A DNA stretch of 64,000 bases from Octopus sinensis (lineage: Eukaryota). Of this stretch, positions 1 through 16,400 are shown piece by piece; the stretch's first letter is position 1, and the number at the start of each line of letters is the position of its first letter. The DNA lies in the NCBI RefSeq assembly GCF_006345805.1, contig NC_043015.1, positions 25,916,001 to 25,980,000 on the forward strand, in the 5' to 3' direction. The notes below the pieces were generated by a model, which made no database searches, was not told the origin of the DNA, and was given only the letters and a program-made list of their open reading frames with translations. A program made the translations under genes and the position numbers.

Positions 1-1425
1 GTGCTGCAGTGACTTCTATTTTATTTTTGCCCAGTTCTTGGTAGAACCTTTTGGGGTTGGAGTTGAACTTTTTGTTTTGTTCAAAGAAGTGTTGGCGTTT
101 CTCGTACCGGCGGATCCTTTGTGCTTTGGCAAGGATATCTTGCTTCAGCTTTTCTTTTATCTCAGGCAAATCTTTCTCTGTGATGTTATATTTGCGGAGT
201 ATTTTTGTTTACTTTTTGTTGCTCAGTAGCGTTGATTGTTTGCTGATTTCATTAAGAATCGACAGGTCTTTTCTAATTTTTTAAATTTTGTTTTGGATGT
301 TATTTATCCACAGGGTTTGTTTGGGTGGTGGTGGTACTCCTGTTTGGACGGGTTTGATTGAGTATCCAGGTTCTTTTGTGGCTGCAGTGGCTGCTGCGTA
401 TATTAAGTCATTTAGCTCAGTGATATCACTTTTTTTGTTTCGGTGGCTATTAGTTCCGTGACGGTTAGGTTTATGCTTTTTATAATTGGTGTTGATATTT
501 CGTTTATTTTGATTCTTGGGAGGTATGGTCGGTGGTCCATTTTGAGCTCTGTGGTTTTCAGTTCTTTGATTATTTTATTTTTTATATTATCATAATCATT
601 AGGCTCCCCTTCGTTGTTTACATCGTGTTTGTTGGGAATGTTGCGTTTGTCTTCGTGTTTTATAGTTTCTGTGTTTATATTATTGGGCATTGTTGTGTGG
701 CTTCTATCTATATTTTCCTGGTGTATTTTTTCTTTAAGATGTTCTATCTCTAGTTCTGATATTTTTTTGTGTTGAGAATGTATCTTCGTACGTTAGCTAA
801 TTTATTAGGGTTCATTGCTGTATCCAAGTCTATATCTCTATTATTTTCCTTCCATATTTTATATGTATGTGTTGTTGTATTTTCATTTTTTGGATAGAGC
901 ACTGCTGTGAAGTATGCGTGTAAGATAGAAATGTATTCCTCACGTGTCCATTTACGTCTTTTGGATTTTATTTGCGGGACATGAGGTACAACGTCCGGCC
1001 CATTATTTTGACGGTCGTCATTTTCGTAAGGTATCGGTCCGTTTATTTCTGTTGTCACATTATTTCGCACGTGTAGTTTTCCGTACATTTTTTGTTGTAA
1101 GTTTAATGTACGTACCGCTCGATTGTTAATCTTGGGTTGAATAGTATCGGTGGCATTTAATTTCTTCGTAGTTCCTTTGTACATGGTGTTTGGGGTCGGG
1201 AATGATCGTGATGTTCCACGCATGTTTACATGTGTTGTGTTAGAGGTGGAGATGAAATCGAGTCCAAATACATCATTTCGTTTCGAAAATAGTAGTAAAT
1301 TTCAGTTGGTATTACTTACTCGGATAGAGTTCAATTCTTTGTTAGTAAATCTTTGGCTCCATTGGATGTCCTTGTTTTCGATGTTTGTGGATAGATTTCG
1401 GAGCTCTGTATTTTCCTTCTTACAT
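1..1425 (-). mobile_element. R4/Dong-clade (RLE-type) non-LTR retrotransposon, degraded 5' portion of ORF; continues beyond window start
   Basis: Minus-strand translation joined across frames: KRRKWTREEYISILHAYF...PNKLANVRRYILN / KISELEIE...RPYLPRIK...IIKSIN / DITELNDLIYAAATA...WINNIQNKI*KIRKDLSIL...KLKQDILAKAQRIRRYEKRQHFFEQNKKFNSNPKRFYQELGK. These motifs match my recollection of the pre-RT region of R4/Dong ORFs. Two frameshifts (~765, ~433) and two in-frame TAA stops. Confidence 0.85.
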
Positions 1426-4400
1426 ATTATTATTATTATCATATCATATCATATCATATCATATCATATCATATCATAACATATCATTTTCATATCATAT
1501 CATATCATATCATATCATTATCATTTTCATATCATATCATATCATTATCATTTTCATATCATTATCATTTTCATATCATAACATTATCATATCATATCAT
1601 ATCATATCATTATCATTTTCATATCATATCATATCATTATCATTTTCATATCATATCATTTTCATATCATATCATATCATATCATTATCATTTTCATATC
1701 ATATCATATCATTATCATTTTCATATCATATCATATCATATCATTATAATTATCATTTTCATATCATATCATATCATATCATTATCATTTTCATAAAATA
1801 TCATATCATTATCATTTTCATATCATATCATATCATATCATTATCATTTTCATGTCATATCATATCATATCATTATCATTATCATTTTCATATCATATCA
1901 TATCATATCATTATCATATTCATACCATATCATATCATTATCATTTTCATATCATATCATATCATATCATTATCATTTTCATATCATATCATATCATATC
2001 CTTATCATATTCATATCATATCAGATCATTATCATTTTCATATCATATCATATCATATCATTATCATTTTCATATCATATTATATCATATCATTATCATT
2101 TTCATATCATATCATATCATTATCGTTTTCATATATCATATCATATCATTTTCATATCATATCATATCATTTTCATATCATATCATATCATATCATTTTC
2201 ATATCATATCATATCATATCATTTTCATATCATATCATATCATATCATTTTCATATCATATCATATCATTTTCATATCATATCATATCATATCATTTTTA
2301 TATCATATCATATCATATCATTTTCATATCATATCATTATCAATTTCATATCATATCATATCATTATCATTTTCATATCATATCATATCATTATCATTTT
2401 CATATCATATCATTAACATTTTCATATCATTATCATTATCATTTTCATATCATATCATATCATATCATAATCATTTTCATATCATATCATTATCATTTTC
2501 ATATCATTATCATATCATATCATTATCATTTTCATATCATACCATTATCATTTTCATATCATAGCATTATCATATCATTATCATTTTCATATCATATCAT
2601 ATCATATCATTATCATTTACATATCATATCATATCATATTATTATCATTTTCATATCATATATCATTATCATTTTCATATCATATCATATCATTATCATT
2701 ATCATATCATATCATATCATATCATTATCATTTTCATATCATATCATTATCATATTCATATCATATCATTATCATTTTCATATCATATCATTATCATTTT
2801 CATATCATATCATATCATTATCATTTTCATATCATATCATATCATATCATTTTCATATCATATCATTATCATTTTCATATCATTATCATATCATATCATT
2901 ATCATTTTCATATCATATCATATCATATCATTATCATTTTCATATCATATCATATCATATCATTATCATTTTCATATCATATAATATCATATCATTATCA
3001 TTTTCATATCATATCATTATCATTTTCATATCATTATCATTATCATTTTCATATCATATCATATCATATCATTATCATTTTCATAACAAATCATATCATA
3101 TCATTATCATTTTCATATCATATCATTATCATTTTCATATCATATCATATCATTATCATTTTCATATCATATCATATCATTATCATTTTCATATCATTAT
3201 CATATCATTATCATTTTCATATCATATCATTATCATTTTCATATCATATCATTATCATTTTCGTATCATAACATATCATATCATTATCATTTTCATATCA
3301 TATCATATCATTTTCATATCATATCATATCATTTTCATATCATATCATTATCATTTTCATATCATATCATTATCATTTTCATATCATATCATATCATATC
3401 ATTATCATTTTCATATCATTATCATTTTCATATCATATCATATCATATCATTATAATTTTCATATCATATCATATCATTATCATTTTCATATCATATCAT
3501 ATCATATCATTATCATTTTCCTATCATATCATATCATTATCATTTTCATATCATATCATATCATATCATTAACATTTTCATATCATATCACATCATTATC
3601 ATTTTCATATATCATATCATATCATTTACATATCATATCATATCATATCATTTTCATATCATATCATATCATATCATTTTCATATCATATCATATCATAT
3701 CATTTTCATATCATATCATATCATTTTCATATCATATCATATCATATCATTTTTATATCATATCATATCATATCATTTTCATATCATATCATTATCATTT
3801 TCATATCATATCATATCATTATCATTTTCATATCATATCATATCATTATCATTTTCATATCATATCATTAACATTTTCATATCATTATCATTATCATTTT
3901 CATATCATATCATATCATATCATAATCATTTTCATATCATATCATAATCATTTTCATATCATATCATATCATTTTCATATCATATCATCATCATTTTCAT
4001 ATCATATCATATCATTATCATTTTCATATCATATCATATCATTATCATTTTCATATCATATCATAACATTTTCATATCATTATCATTCATATCATTTTCA
4101 TATCATATCATATCATATCATTATCATTTTCATATCATTATCATATCATATCATTATCATTTTCATATCATACCGTTATCATTTTCATATCATATCATTA
4201 TCATATCATTATCATTTTCATATCATATCATATCATATCATTATCATTTTCATATCATATCATATCATATTATTATCATTTTCATATCATATATCATCAT
4301 CATTTTCATATCATATCATATCATTATCTTTATCATAACATATCATATCATATCATTATCATTTTCATATCATATCATTATCATTTTCATATCATATCAT

Positions 4401-7400
4401 TATCATTATCATATCATATCATTATCATTTTCATATCATATCATATCATATCATATCATATCATTATCATTTTCATATCATATCATATCATATCATTATC
4501 ATTTTCATATCATATCATATCATATCATTATCATTTTCATATCATTATCATTTTCATAGCATATCATATAATATCATTATAATTTTCATATCATATCATA
4601 TCATTATCATTTTCATATCATATCATATCATATCATTATCATTTTCCTATCATATCATATCATTATCATTTTCATATCATATCATATCATATCATTATCA
4701 TTTTCATATCATATCATATCATTATCATTTTCATATATCATATCATATCATTTTCATATCATATCATATCATATCATTTACATATCATATCATATCATAT
4801 CATTTTCATATCATATCATATCATATCATTGTCATATCATATCATAACATATCATTTTCATATCATATCATATCATTTTCATATTATATCATATCATATC
4901 ATTTTTATATCATATCATATCATATCATTTTCATATCATATCATTATCATTTTCATATCATATCATTATCATTTTCATATCATATCATATCATTATCATT
5001 TTCATATCATATCATTAACATTTTCATATCATTATCATTATCATTTTCATATCATATCATATCATATCATATCATAATAATTTTCATATCATATCATAAT
5101 CATTTTCATATCATATCATATCATTTTCATATCATATCATCATCATTTTCATATCATATCATATCATTATAATTTTCATATCATATCATATCATTATCAT
5201 TTTCATATCATATCATTAACATTTTCATATCATTACATTATCATTTTCATAACATATCATATCATATCATAATCATTTTCATATCATATCATTATCATTT
5301 TCATATCATTATCATATCATATCATTATCATTTTCATATCATACCATTATCATTTTCATATCATATCATTATCATATCATTATCATTTTCATATCATATC
5401 ATATCACATCATTATCATTTTCATATCATATCATATCATATTATTATCATTTTCATATCATATATCATTATCATTTTCATATCATATCATATCATTATCT
5501 TTATCATATCATATCATATCATATCATTATCATTTTCATATCATATCATTATCATTTTCATATCATATCATTATCATTTTCATATCATATCATATCATTA
5601 TCATTTTCATATCATATCATATCATATCATTTTCATATCATATCATTATCATTTTCATATCATTATCATATCATATCATTATCATTTTCATATCATATTA
5701 TATCATATCTTTATCATTTTCATATCATATCATATCATTATCGTTTTCATATATCATATCATATCATTTTCATATCATATCATTTTCATATCATATCATA
5801 TCATATCATTTTCATATCATATCATATCATATCATTTTCATATCATATCATATCATATCATTTTCATATCATATCATATCATTTTCATATCATATCATAT
5901 CATATCATTTTTATATCATATCATATCATATCATTAACATTTTCATATCATTATCATTATCATTTTCATATCATATCATATCATATCATAATCATTTTCA
6001 TATCATATCATTATCATTTTCATATCATTATCATATCATATCATTATCATTTTCATATCATACCATTATCATTTTCATATCATAGCATTATCATATCATT
6101 ATCATTTTCATATCATATCATATCATATCATTATCATTTTCATATCATATCATATCATATTATTATCATTTTCATATCATATATCATTATCATTTTCATA
6201 TCATATCATATCATTATCATTATCATATCATATCATATCATATCATTATCATTTTCATATCATATCATTATCATATTCATATCATATCATTATCATTTTC
6301 ATATCATATCATTATCATTTTCATATCATATCATATCATTATCATTTTCATATCATATATCATATCATTTTCATATCATATCATTATCATTTTCATATCA
6401 TATCATATCATATCATTATCATTTTCATATCATATCATATCATATCATTATCATTTTCATATCATATCATATCATATCATTATCATTTTCATATCATATA
6501 ATATCATATCATTATCATTTTCATATCATATCATTATCATTTTCATATCATTATCATTATCATTTTCATATCATATCATATCATATCATTATCATTTTCA
6601 TATCATATCATATCATTATCATTTTCATATCATATCATTATCATTTTCATATCATATCATATCATTATCATTTTCATATCATATCATATCATTATCATTT
6701 TCATATCATATATCATATCATTTTCATATCATATCATTATCATTTTCATATCATATCATATCATATCATTATCATTTTCATATCATATCATATCATATCA
6801 TTATCATTTTCATATCATATCATATCATATCATTATCATTTTCATATCATTATCATATCATTATCATTTTCATATCATATCATTATCATTTTCATATCAT
6901 ATCATTATCATTTTCGTATCATAACATATCATATCATTATCATTTTCATATCATATCATTATCATTTTCATATCATATCATTATCATTTTCATATCATAT
7001 CATTATCATTTTCATATCATATCATTATCATTTTCATATCATATCATATCATATCATTATCATTTTCATATCATTATCATTTTCATATCATATCATATCA
7101 TATCATTATAATTTTCATATCATATCATATCATTATCATTTTCATATCATATCATATCATATCATTATCATTTTCCTATCATATCATATCATTATCATTT
7201 TCATATCATATCATATCATATCATTATCATTTTCATATCATATCCATCATTATCATTTTCATATATATCATATCATTTTCATATCATATCATATCATATC
7301 ATTTTTCATATCATCATCATATCATATCATTTTCATATCATATCATATCATATCATTTTCATATCATATCATATCATTTTCATATCATATCATATCATAT

Positions 7401-10400
7401 CATTTTATATATCATATCATATCATATCATTTTCATATCATATCATTATCATTTTCATATCATATCATATCATTATCATTTTCATATCATATCATATCAT
7501 TATCATTTTCATATCATATCATTAACATTTTCATATCATTATCATTATCATTTTCATATCATATCATATCATATCATAATTTTTCATATCATATCATAAT
7601 CATTTTCATATCATATCATTCATCATTTTCATATCATATCATCATCATTTTCATATCATATATCATTATCATTTTCATATCATATCATATCATTATCATT
7701 TCATATCATATCATTAACATACATTTTCATATAATAATCATTATCATTTCATATCATATCATATCATATCATTATCATTTTCATATCATTATCATATCAT
7801 ATCATTATCATTTTCATATCATACCATTATCATTTTCATATCATATCATTATCATATCATTATCATTTTCATATCATATCATATCATATCATTATCATTT
7901 TCATATCATATCATATCATATTATTATCATTTTCATATCATATATCATTATCATTTTCATATCATATCATATCATTATCTTTATCATATCATATCATATC
8001 ATATCATTATCATTTTCATATCATATCATTATCATTTTCATATCATATCATTATCATTATCATATCATATCATTATCATTTTCATATCATATCATATCAT
8101 ATCATATCATATCATTATCATTTTCCTATCATATCATATCATTATCATTTTCATATCATATCATATCATATCATTATCATTTTCATATCATATCACATCA
8201 TTATCATTTTCATATATCATATCATATCATTTTCATATCATATCATATCATATCATTTTCATATCATATCATATCATATCATTTTCATATCATATAATAT
8301 CATATCATTTTCATATCATATCATATCATTTTCATATCGTATCATATCATATCATTTTTAATCATATATCATATCATATCATTTTCATATCATATCATTA
8401 TCATTTTCATATCATATCATATCATTATCATTTTCATATCATATCATATCATTATCATTTTCATATCATATCATTAACATTTTCATATCATTATCATTAT
8501 CATTTTCATATCATATCATATCATATCATAATCATTTTCATATCATATCATAATCATTTTCATATCATATCATATCATTTTCATATCATATCATCATCAT
8601 CTTCATATCATATCATATCATTATCATTTTCATATCATATCATATCATTATCATTTTCATATCATATCATTAACATTTTCATATCATTATCATTATCATT
8701 TTCATATCATATCATATCATATCATTATCATTTTCATATCATTATCATATCATATCATTATCATTTTCATATCATACCATTATCATTTTCATATCATATC
8801 ATTATCATATCATTATCATTTTCATATCATATCATATCATATCATTATCATTTTCATATCATATCATATCATATTATTATCATTTTCATATCATATCATA
8901 TCATTATCTTTATCATATCATATCATATCATATCATTATCATTTTCATATCATATCATTATCATTTTCATATCATATCATTATCATTTTCATATCATATC
9001 ATTATCATTATCATATCATATCATTATCATTTTCATATCATATCATATCATTATCATTTTCATATCATATCATATCATTATCATTTTCATATCATATCAT
9101 ATCATATCATTTTCATATCATATCATATCATATCATTTTCATATAATATCATATCATATCATTTTCATATCATATAATATCATATCATTTTCATATCATA
9201 CCATATCATATCATTTTCATATCATATCCTATCATATCATTTTCATATCATATCATATCATTTTCATATCATATCATATCATATCATTTTCATATAATAT
9301 CATATCATATTATTTTCATATCATATCATTATCATTTTCATATCATATCATATCATTATAATTTTCATATCATATCATATCATTATCATTTTCATATCAT
9401 ATCATTAACATTTTCATATCATTATCATTGTCATTTTCATATCATATCATATCATACCATAATCATTTTGATATCATATCATTATCATTTTCATATCATT
9501 ATCATATCATTATCATTTTCATATCATATCATATCATATCATTATCATTTTCATATCATATCATATCATATTATTATCATTTTCATATCATATATCATTA
9601 TCATTTTCATATCATATCATATAATTATCATTATCATATCATTATCATATCATTATCATTTTCATATCATATCATTATCATTTTCATATCATATCATTAT
9701 CATCTTCGTATCAAATCATATCATTATCATTTTCATATCATATCATTATCATTTTCATATCATATCATTATCATTTTCATATCATATCATATCATATCAT
9801 TATCACTTTTATATCATTATCATTTTCATATCATATCATATCATATCATTATAATTTTCATATCATATCATATCATTATCATTTTCATATCATATCATAT
9901 CATATCATTATCATTTTCCTATCATATCATATCATTATCATTTTCATATCATGTCATATCATATCATTATCATTTTCATATCATATCATATCATATCATT
10001 TTCATATCATATCATATCATATCATTTTCATATCATATCATATCATATCATTTTCATATCATATCATATCATATCAATTTCATATCATATCCTATCATTT
10101 TCATATCATATCATATCATATCATTTTTATATCATATCATATCATATCATTTCCATATCATATCATTATCATTCTCATATCATATCTATCATTATCATTT
10201 TCATATCATATCATATCATGTCATTATCATTTTCATATCATAACATTATCATTTTCATATATCATATCATTATCATTTTCATATCATAACATTATCATTT
10301 TCATATATCATATCATTATCATTTTCATATCATATCATATCATTATCATTTTTATATCATATCATATCATTATCATTTTCATATCATATCATATCATTAT

Positions 10401-13400
10401 CATTTTCATATCATATCATATCATATCATTTTCATATATTATCATATCATATCATTTTCATATAATATCATATCATATCATTTTCATATCATAAAATATC
10501 ATATCATTTTCATATCATATCATATCATATCATTTTCATATCATATCCTATCATATCATTTTCATATCATATCATATCATTTCCATATCATATCATATCA
10601 TATCATTTTCATATCATATCATATATTATTTTCATATCATATCATTATCATTTTCATATCATATCATATCATTATAATTTTCATATCATTCATATCATTA
10701 TCATTTTCATATCATATCATTAACATTTTCATATCATTATCATTGTCATTTTCATATCATATCATATCATATCATAATCATTTTGATATCATATCATTAT
10801 CATTTTCATATCATTATCATATCATTATCATTTTCATATCATATCATATCATATCATCATTTTCATATCATATCATATCATATTATTATCATTTTCATAT
10901 CATATATCATTATCATTTTCATATCATATCATATAATTATCATTATCATATCATATCATATCATATCATTATTATTTTCATATCATATCATATCATATCA
11001 TTTTCATATCATATCATATCATATTCATATCATATCATATCATATCATTTTTATATCATATCATATCATATCATTTTCATATCATATCATTATCATTTTC
11101 ATATCATATCATATCATTATCATTTTCATATCATATCATTAACATTTTCATATCATTATCATTATCATTTTCATATCATATCATATCATATCATAATCAT
11201 TTTCATATCATATCATTATCATTTTCATATCATTATCATATCATATCATTATCATTTTCATATCATACCATTATCATTTTCATATCATATCATTATCATA
11301 TCATTATCATTTTCATATCATATCATCATATCATTATCATTTTCATATCATATCATATCATATTATTATCATTTTCATATCATATATCATTATCATTTCA
11401 TATCATATCATATCATTATCATTATCATATCATATCATATCATATCATTAATCATTTTCATATCATATCATTATCATTTTCGTGTCATATCATATCATTA
11501 TCATTTTCATATCATATCATTATAATTTTCATATCATATCATTATCATTTTCATATCATATCATTATCATTTTCATAACATATCATATCATATCATTATC
11601 ATTTTAATATCATTATCATTTTCATATCATATCATATCATATCATTATAATTTTCCTATCATATCATATCATTATCATTTTCATATCATATCATATCATA
11701 TCATTATCATTTTCCTATCATATCATATCATTATCATTTTCATATCATATCATATCATATCATTATCATTTTCATATCATATCATATTATTATCATTTTC
11801 ATATATCATATCATATCATTTTCATATCATATCATATCATATCATTTTCATATCATATCATATCATATCATTTTCATATATCATATCATATCATTTTCAT
11901 ATCATATCATATCATATCAATTTCATATCATATCATATCATTTTCATATCATATCATATCATATCATTTTTATATCATATCATCTATCATATCATTTTCA
12001 TATCATATCATTATCATCATTCTCATGTCATATCTATCATTATCATTTTCATATCATATCATATCATGTCATTATCATTTTCATATCATAACATTATCAT
12101 TTTCATATATCATATCATTATCATTTTCATATCATATCATATCATTATCATTTTCATATCATATCATATCATATCATTATCTTTTTCATGTCATATCATA
12201 TCATTATCATTTTCATATCATATCATATCATTATCATTTTCATATCATATCATATCATATCATTATCATTTTCATATCATATCATATCATATTATTATCA
12301 TTTTCATATCATATATCATTATCATTTTCATATCTTATCATATCATTATCATTATCATATCATATCATATCATATCATTATCATTTTCATATCATATCAT
12401 TATCATTTTCGTATCATATTATATCATTATCATTTTCATATCATATCATTATAATTTTCATATCATATCATTATCATTTTCATATCATATCATTATCATT
12501 TTCATATCATATCATATCATATCATTATCATTTTCATATCATATCATATCATATCATTATCATTTTCCTATCATATCATATCATTATCATTTTCATATCA
12601 TATCATATCATATCATTAACATTTTCATATCATATCATATCATTATCATTTTCATATATCATATCATATCATTTTCATATCATATCATATCATATCATTT
12701 TCATATCATATCATATCATATCATTTTCTTATATTATCATATCATATCATTTTCATATAATATCATATCATATCATTTTCATATCATAAAATATCATATC
12801 ATTTTCATATCATATCATATCATATCATTTTCATATCATATCCTATCATATCATTTTCATATCATATCATATCATTTCCATATCATATCATATCATATCA
12901 TTTTCATATCATATCATATCATATTATTTTCATATCATATCATTATCATTTTCATATCATATCATATCATTATAATTTTCATATCATTCATATCATTATC
13001 ATTTTCATATCATATCATTAACATTTTCATATCATTATCATTGTCATTTTCATATCATATCATATCATATCATAATCATTTTGATATCATATCATTATCA
13101 TTTTCATATCATTATCATATCATTTCATTTTCATATCATATCATATCATATCATTATCATTTTCATATCATATCATATCATATTATTCATTTTCATATCA
13201 TATATCATTATCATTTTCATATCATATCATATAATTTAATCATTATCATATCATATCATATCATATCATTATTATTTTCATATCATATCATATCATATCA
13301 TTTTCATATCATATCATATCATATTCATATCATAACATATCATATCATTTTTATATCATATCATATCATATCATTTTCATATCATATCATTATCATTTTC

Positions 13401-16400
13401 ATATCATATCATATCATAATCATTTTCATATCATATCATTATCATTTTCATATCATTATCATATCATATCATTATCATATTCATATCATACCATTATCAT
13501 TTTCATATCATATCATTATCATATCATTATCATTTTCATATCATATCATATCATATCATTATCATTTTCATATCATATCATATCATATTATTATCATTTT
13601 CATATCATATATCATTATCATTTTCATATCATATCATATCATTATCATTATCATATCATATCATATCATATCATTATCATTTTCATATCATATCATTATC
13701 ATTTTCGTATCATATCATATCATTATCATTTTCATATCATATCATTATAATTTTCATATCATATCATTATCATTTTCATATCATATCATTATCATTTTCA
13801 TATCATATCATATCATATCATTATCATTTTAATATCATTATCATTTTCATATCATATCATATCATATCATTATAATTTTCCTATCATATCATATCATTAT
13901 CATTTTCATATCATATATCATATCATTATCATTTTCCTATCATATCATATCATTATCATTTTCATATCATATCATATCATATCATTATCATTTTCATATC
14001 ATATCATATCATTATCATTTTCATATATCATATCATATCATTTTCATATCATATCATATCATATCATTTTCATATCATATCATATCATATCATTTTCATA
14101 TATCATATCATATCATTTTCATATCATATCATATCATATCAATTTCATATCATATCATATCATTTTCATATCATATCATATCATATCATTTTTATATCAT
14201 ATCATATCATATCATTTTCATATCATATCATTATCATTCTCATGTCATATCTATCATTATCATTTTCATATCATATCATATCATGTCATTATCATTTTCA
14301 TATCATAACATTATCATTTTCATATATCATATCATTATCATTTTCATATCATATCATATCATTATCATTTTCATATCATATCATATAATATCATTATCAT
14401 TTTCATGTCATATCATATCATTATCATTTTCATATCATATCATATCATTATCATTTTCATATCATATCATATCATATCATTATCATTTTCATATCATATC
14501 ATATCATATTATTATCATTTTCATATCATATATCATTATCATTTTCATATCTTATCATATCATTATCATTATCATATCATATCATATCATATCATTATCA
14601 TTTTCATATCATATCATTATCATTTTCGTATCATATTATATCATTATCATTTTCATATCATATCATTATAATTTTCATATCATATCATATCATATCATTA
14701 TCATTTTCATATCATATCATTATCATTTTCATATCATATCATATCATATCATTATCATTTTCATATTATATCATATCATATCATTATCATTTTCATATCA
14801 TATCATATCATATCATTATCATTTTCCTATCATATCATATCATTATCATTTTCATATCATATCATATCATATCATTAACATTTTCATATCATATCATATC
14901 ATTATCATTTTCATATATCATATCATATCATATCATATCATTTTCATATCATATCATATCATATCATTTTCATATATTATCATATCATATCATTTTCATA
15001 TAATATCATATCATATCATTTTCATATCATAAAATATCATATCATTTTCATATCATATCATATCATATCATTTTCATATCATATCCTATCATATCATTTT
15101 CATATCATATCATATCATTTCCATATCATATCATATCATATCATTTTCATATCATATCATATCATATTATTTTCATATCATATCATTATCATTTTCATAT
15201 CATATCATATCATTATAATTTTCATATCATTCATATAATTATCATTTTCATATCATATCATTAACATTTTCATATCATTATCATTGTCATTTTCATATCA
15301 TATCATATCATATCATAATCATTTTGATATCATATCATTATCATTTTCATATCATTATCATATCATTATCATTTTCATATCATATCATTTCATATCATTA
15401 TCATTTTCATATCATATCATATCATATTATTATCATTTTCATATCATATATCATTATCATTTTCATATCATATCATATAATTATCATTATCATATCATAT
15501 CATATCATATCATTATTATTTTCATATCATATCATATCATATCAATTTCATATCATATCATATCATTTTCATATCATATCATATCATATCATTTTTATAT
15601 CATATCATATCATATCATTTTCATATCATATCATTATCATTCTCATGTCATATCTATCATTATCATTTTCATATCATATCATATCATGTCATTATCATTT
15701 TCATATCATAACATTATCATTTTCATATATCATATCATTATCATTTTCATATCATATCATATCATGTCATTATCATTTTCATATCATAACATTATCATTT
15801 TCATATATCATATCGTTATCATTTTCATATCATATCATATCATTATCATTTTCATATCATATCATATCATATCATTATCATTTTCATATCATATCATATC
15901 ATTATCATTTTCATATCATATCATATCATTATCATTTTCATATCATATCATATCATTATCATTTTCATATCATATCATATCATATCATTATCATTTTCAT
16001 ATCATATCATATCATATTATTATCATTTTCATATCATATATCATTATCATTTTCATATCATATCATATCATTATCATTATCATATCATATCATATCTTAT
16101 CATTATCATTTTCATATCATATCATTATCATTTTCGTATCATATCATATCATTATCATTTTCATATCATATCATTATCATTTTCATATCATATCATTATC
16201 ATTTTCATATCATATCATATCATATCATTATCATTTTTATATCATCATCATTTTCATATCATATCATATCATATCATTATCATTTTCATATCATATCATA
16301 TCATATCATTATCATTTTCCTATCATATCATATCATTATCATTTTCATATCATATCATATCATATCATTAACATTTTCATATCATATCATATCATTATCA

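Noticed and set aside
1150-1479. 109-aa + strand ORF
   Set aside because: Antisense to the R4/Dong 5' region and runs into the satellite.
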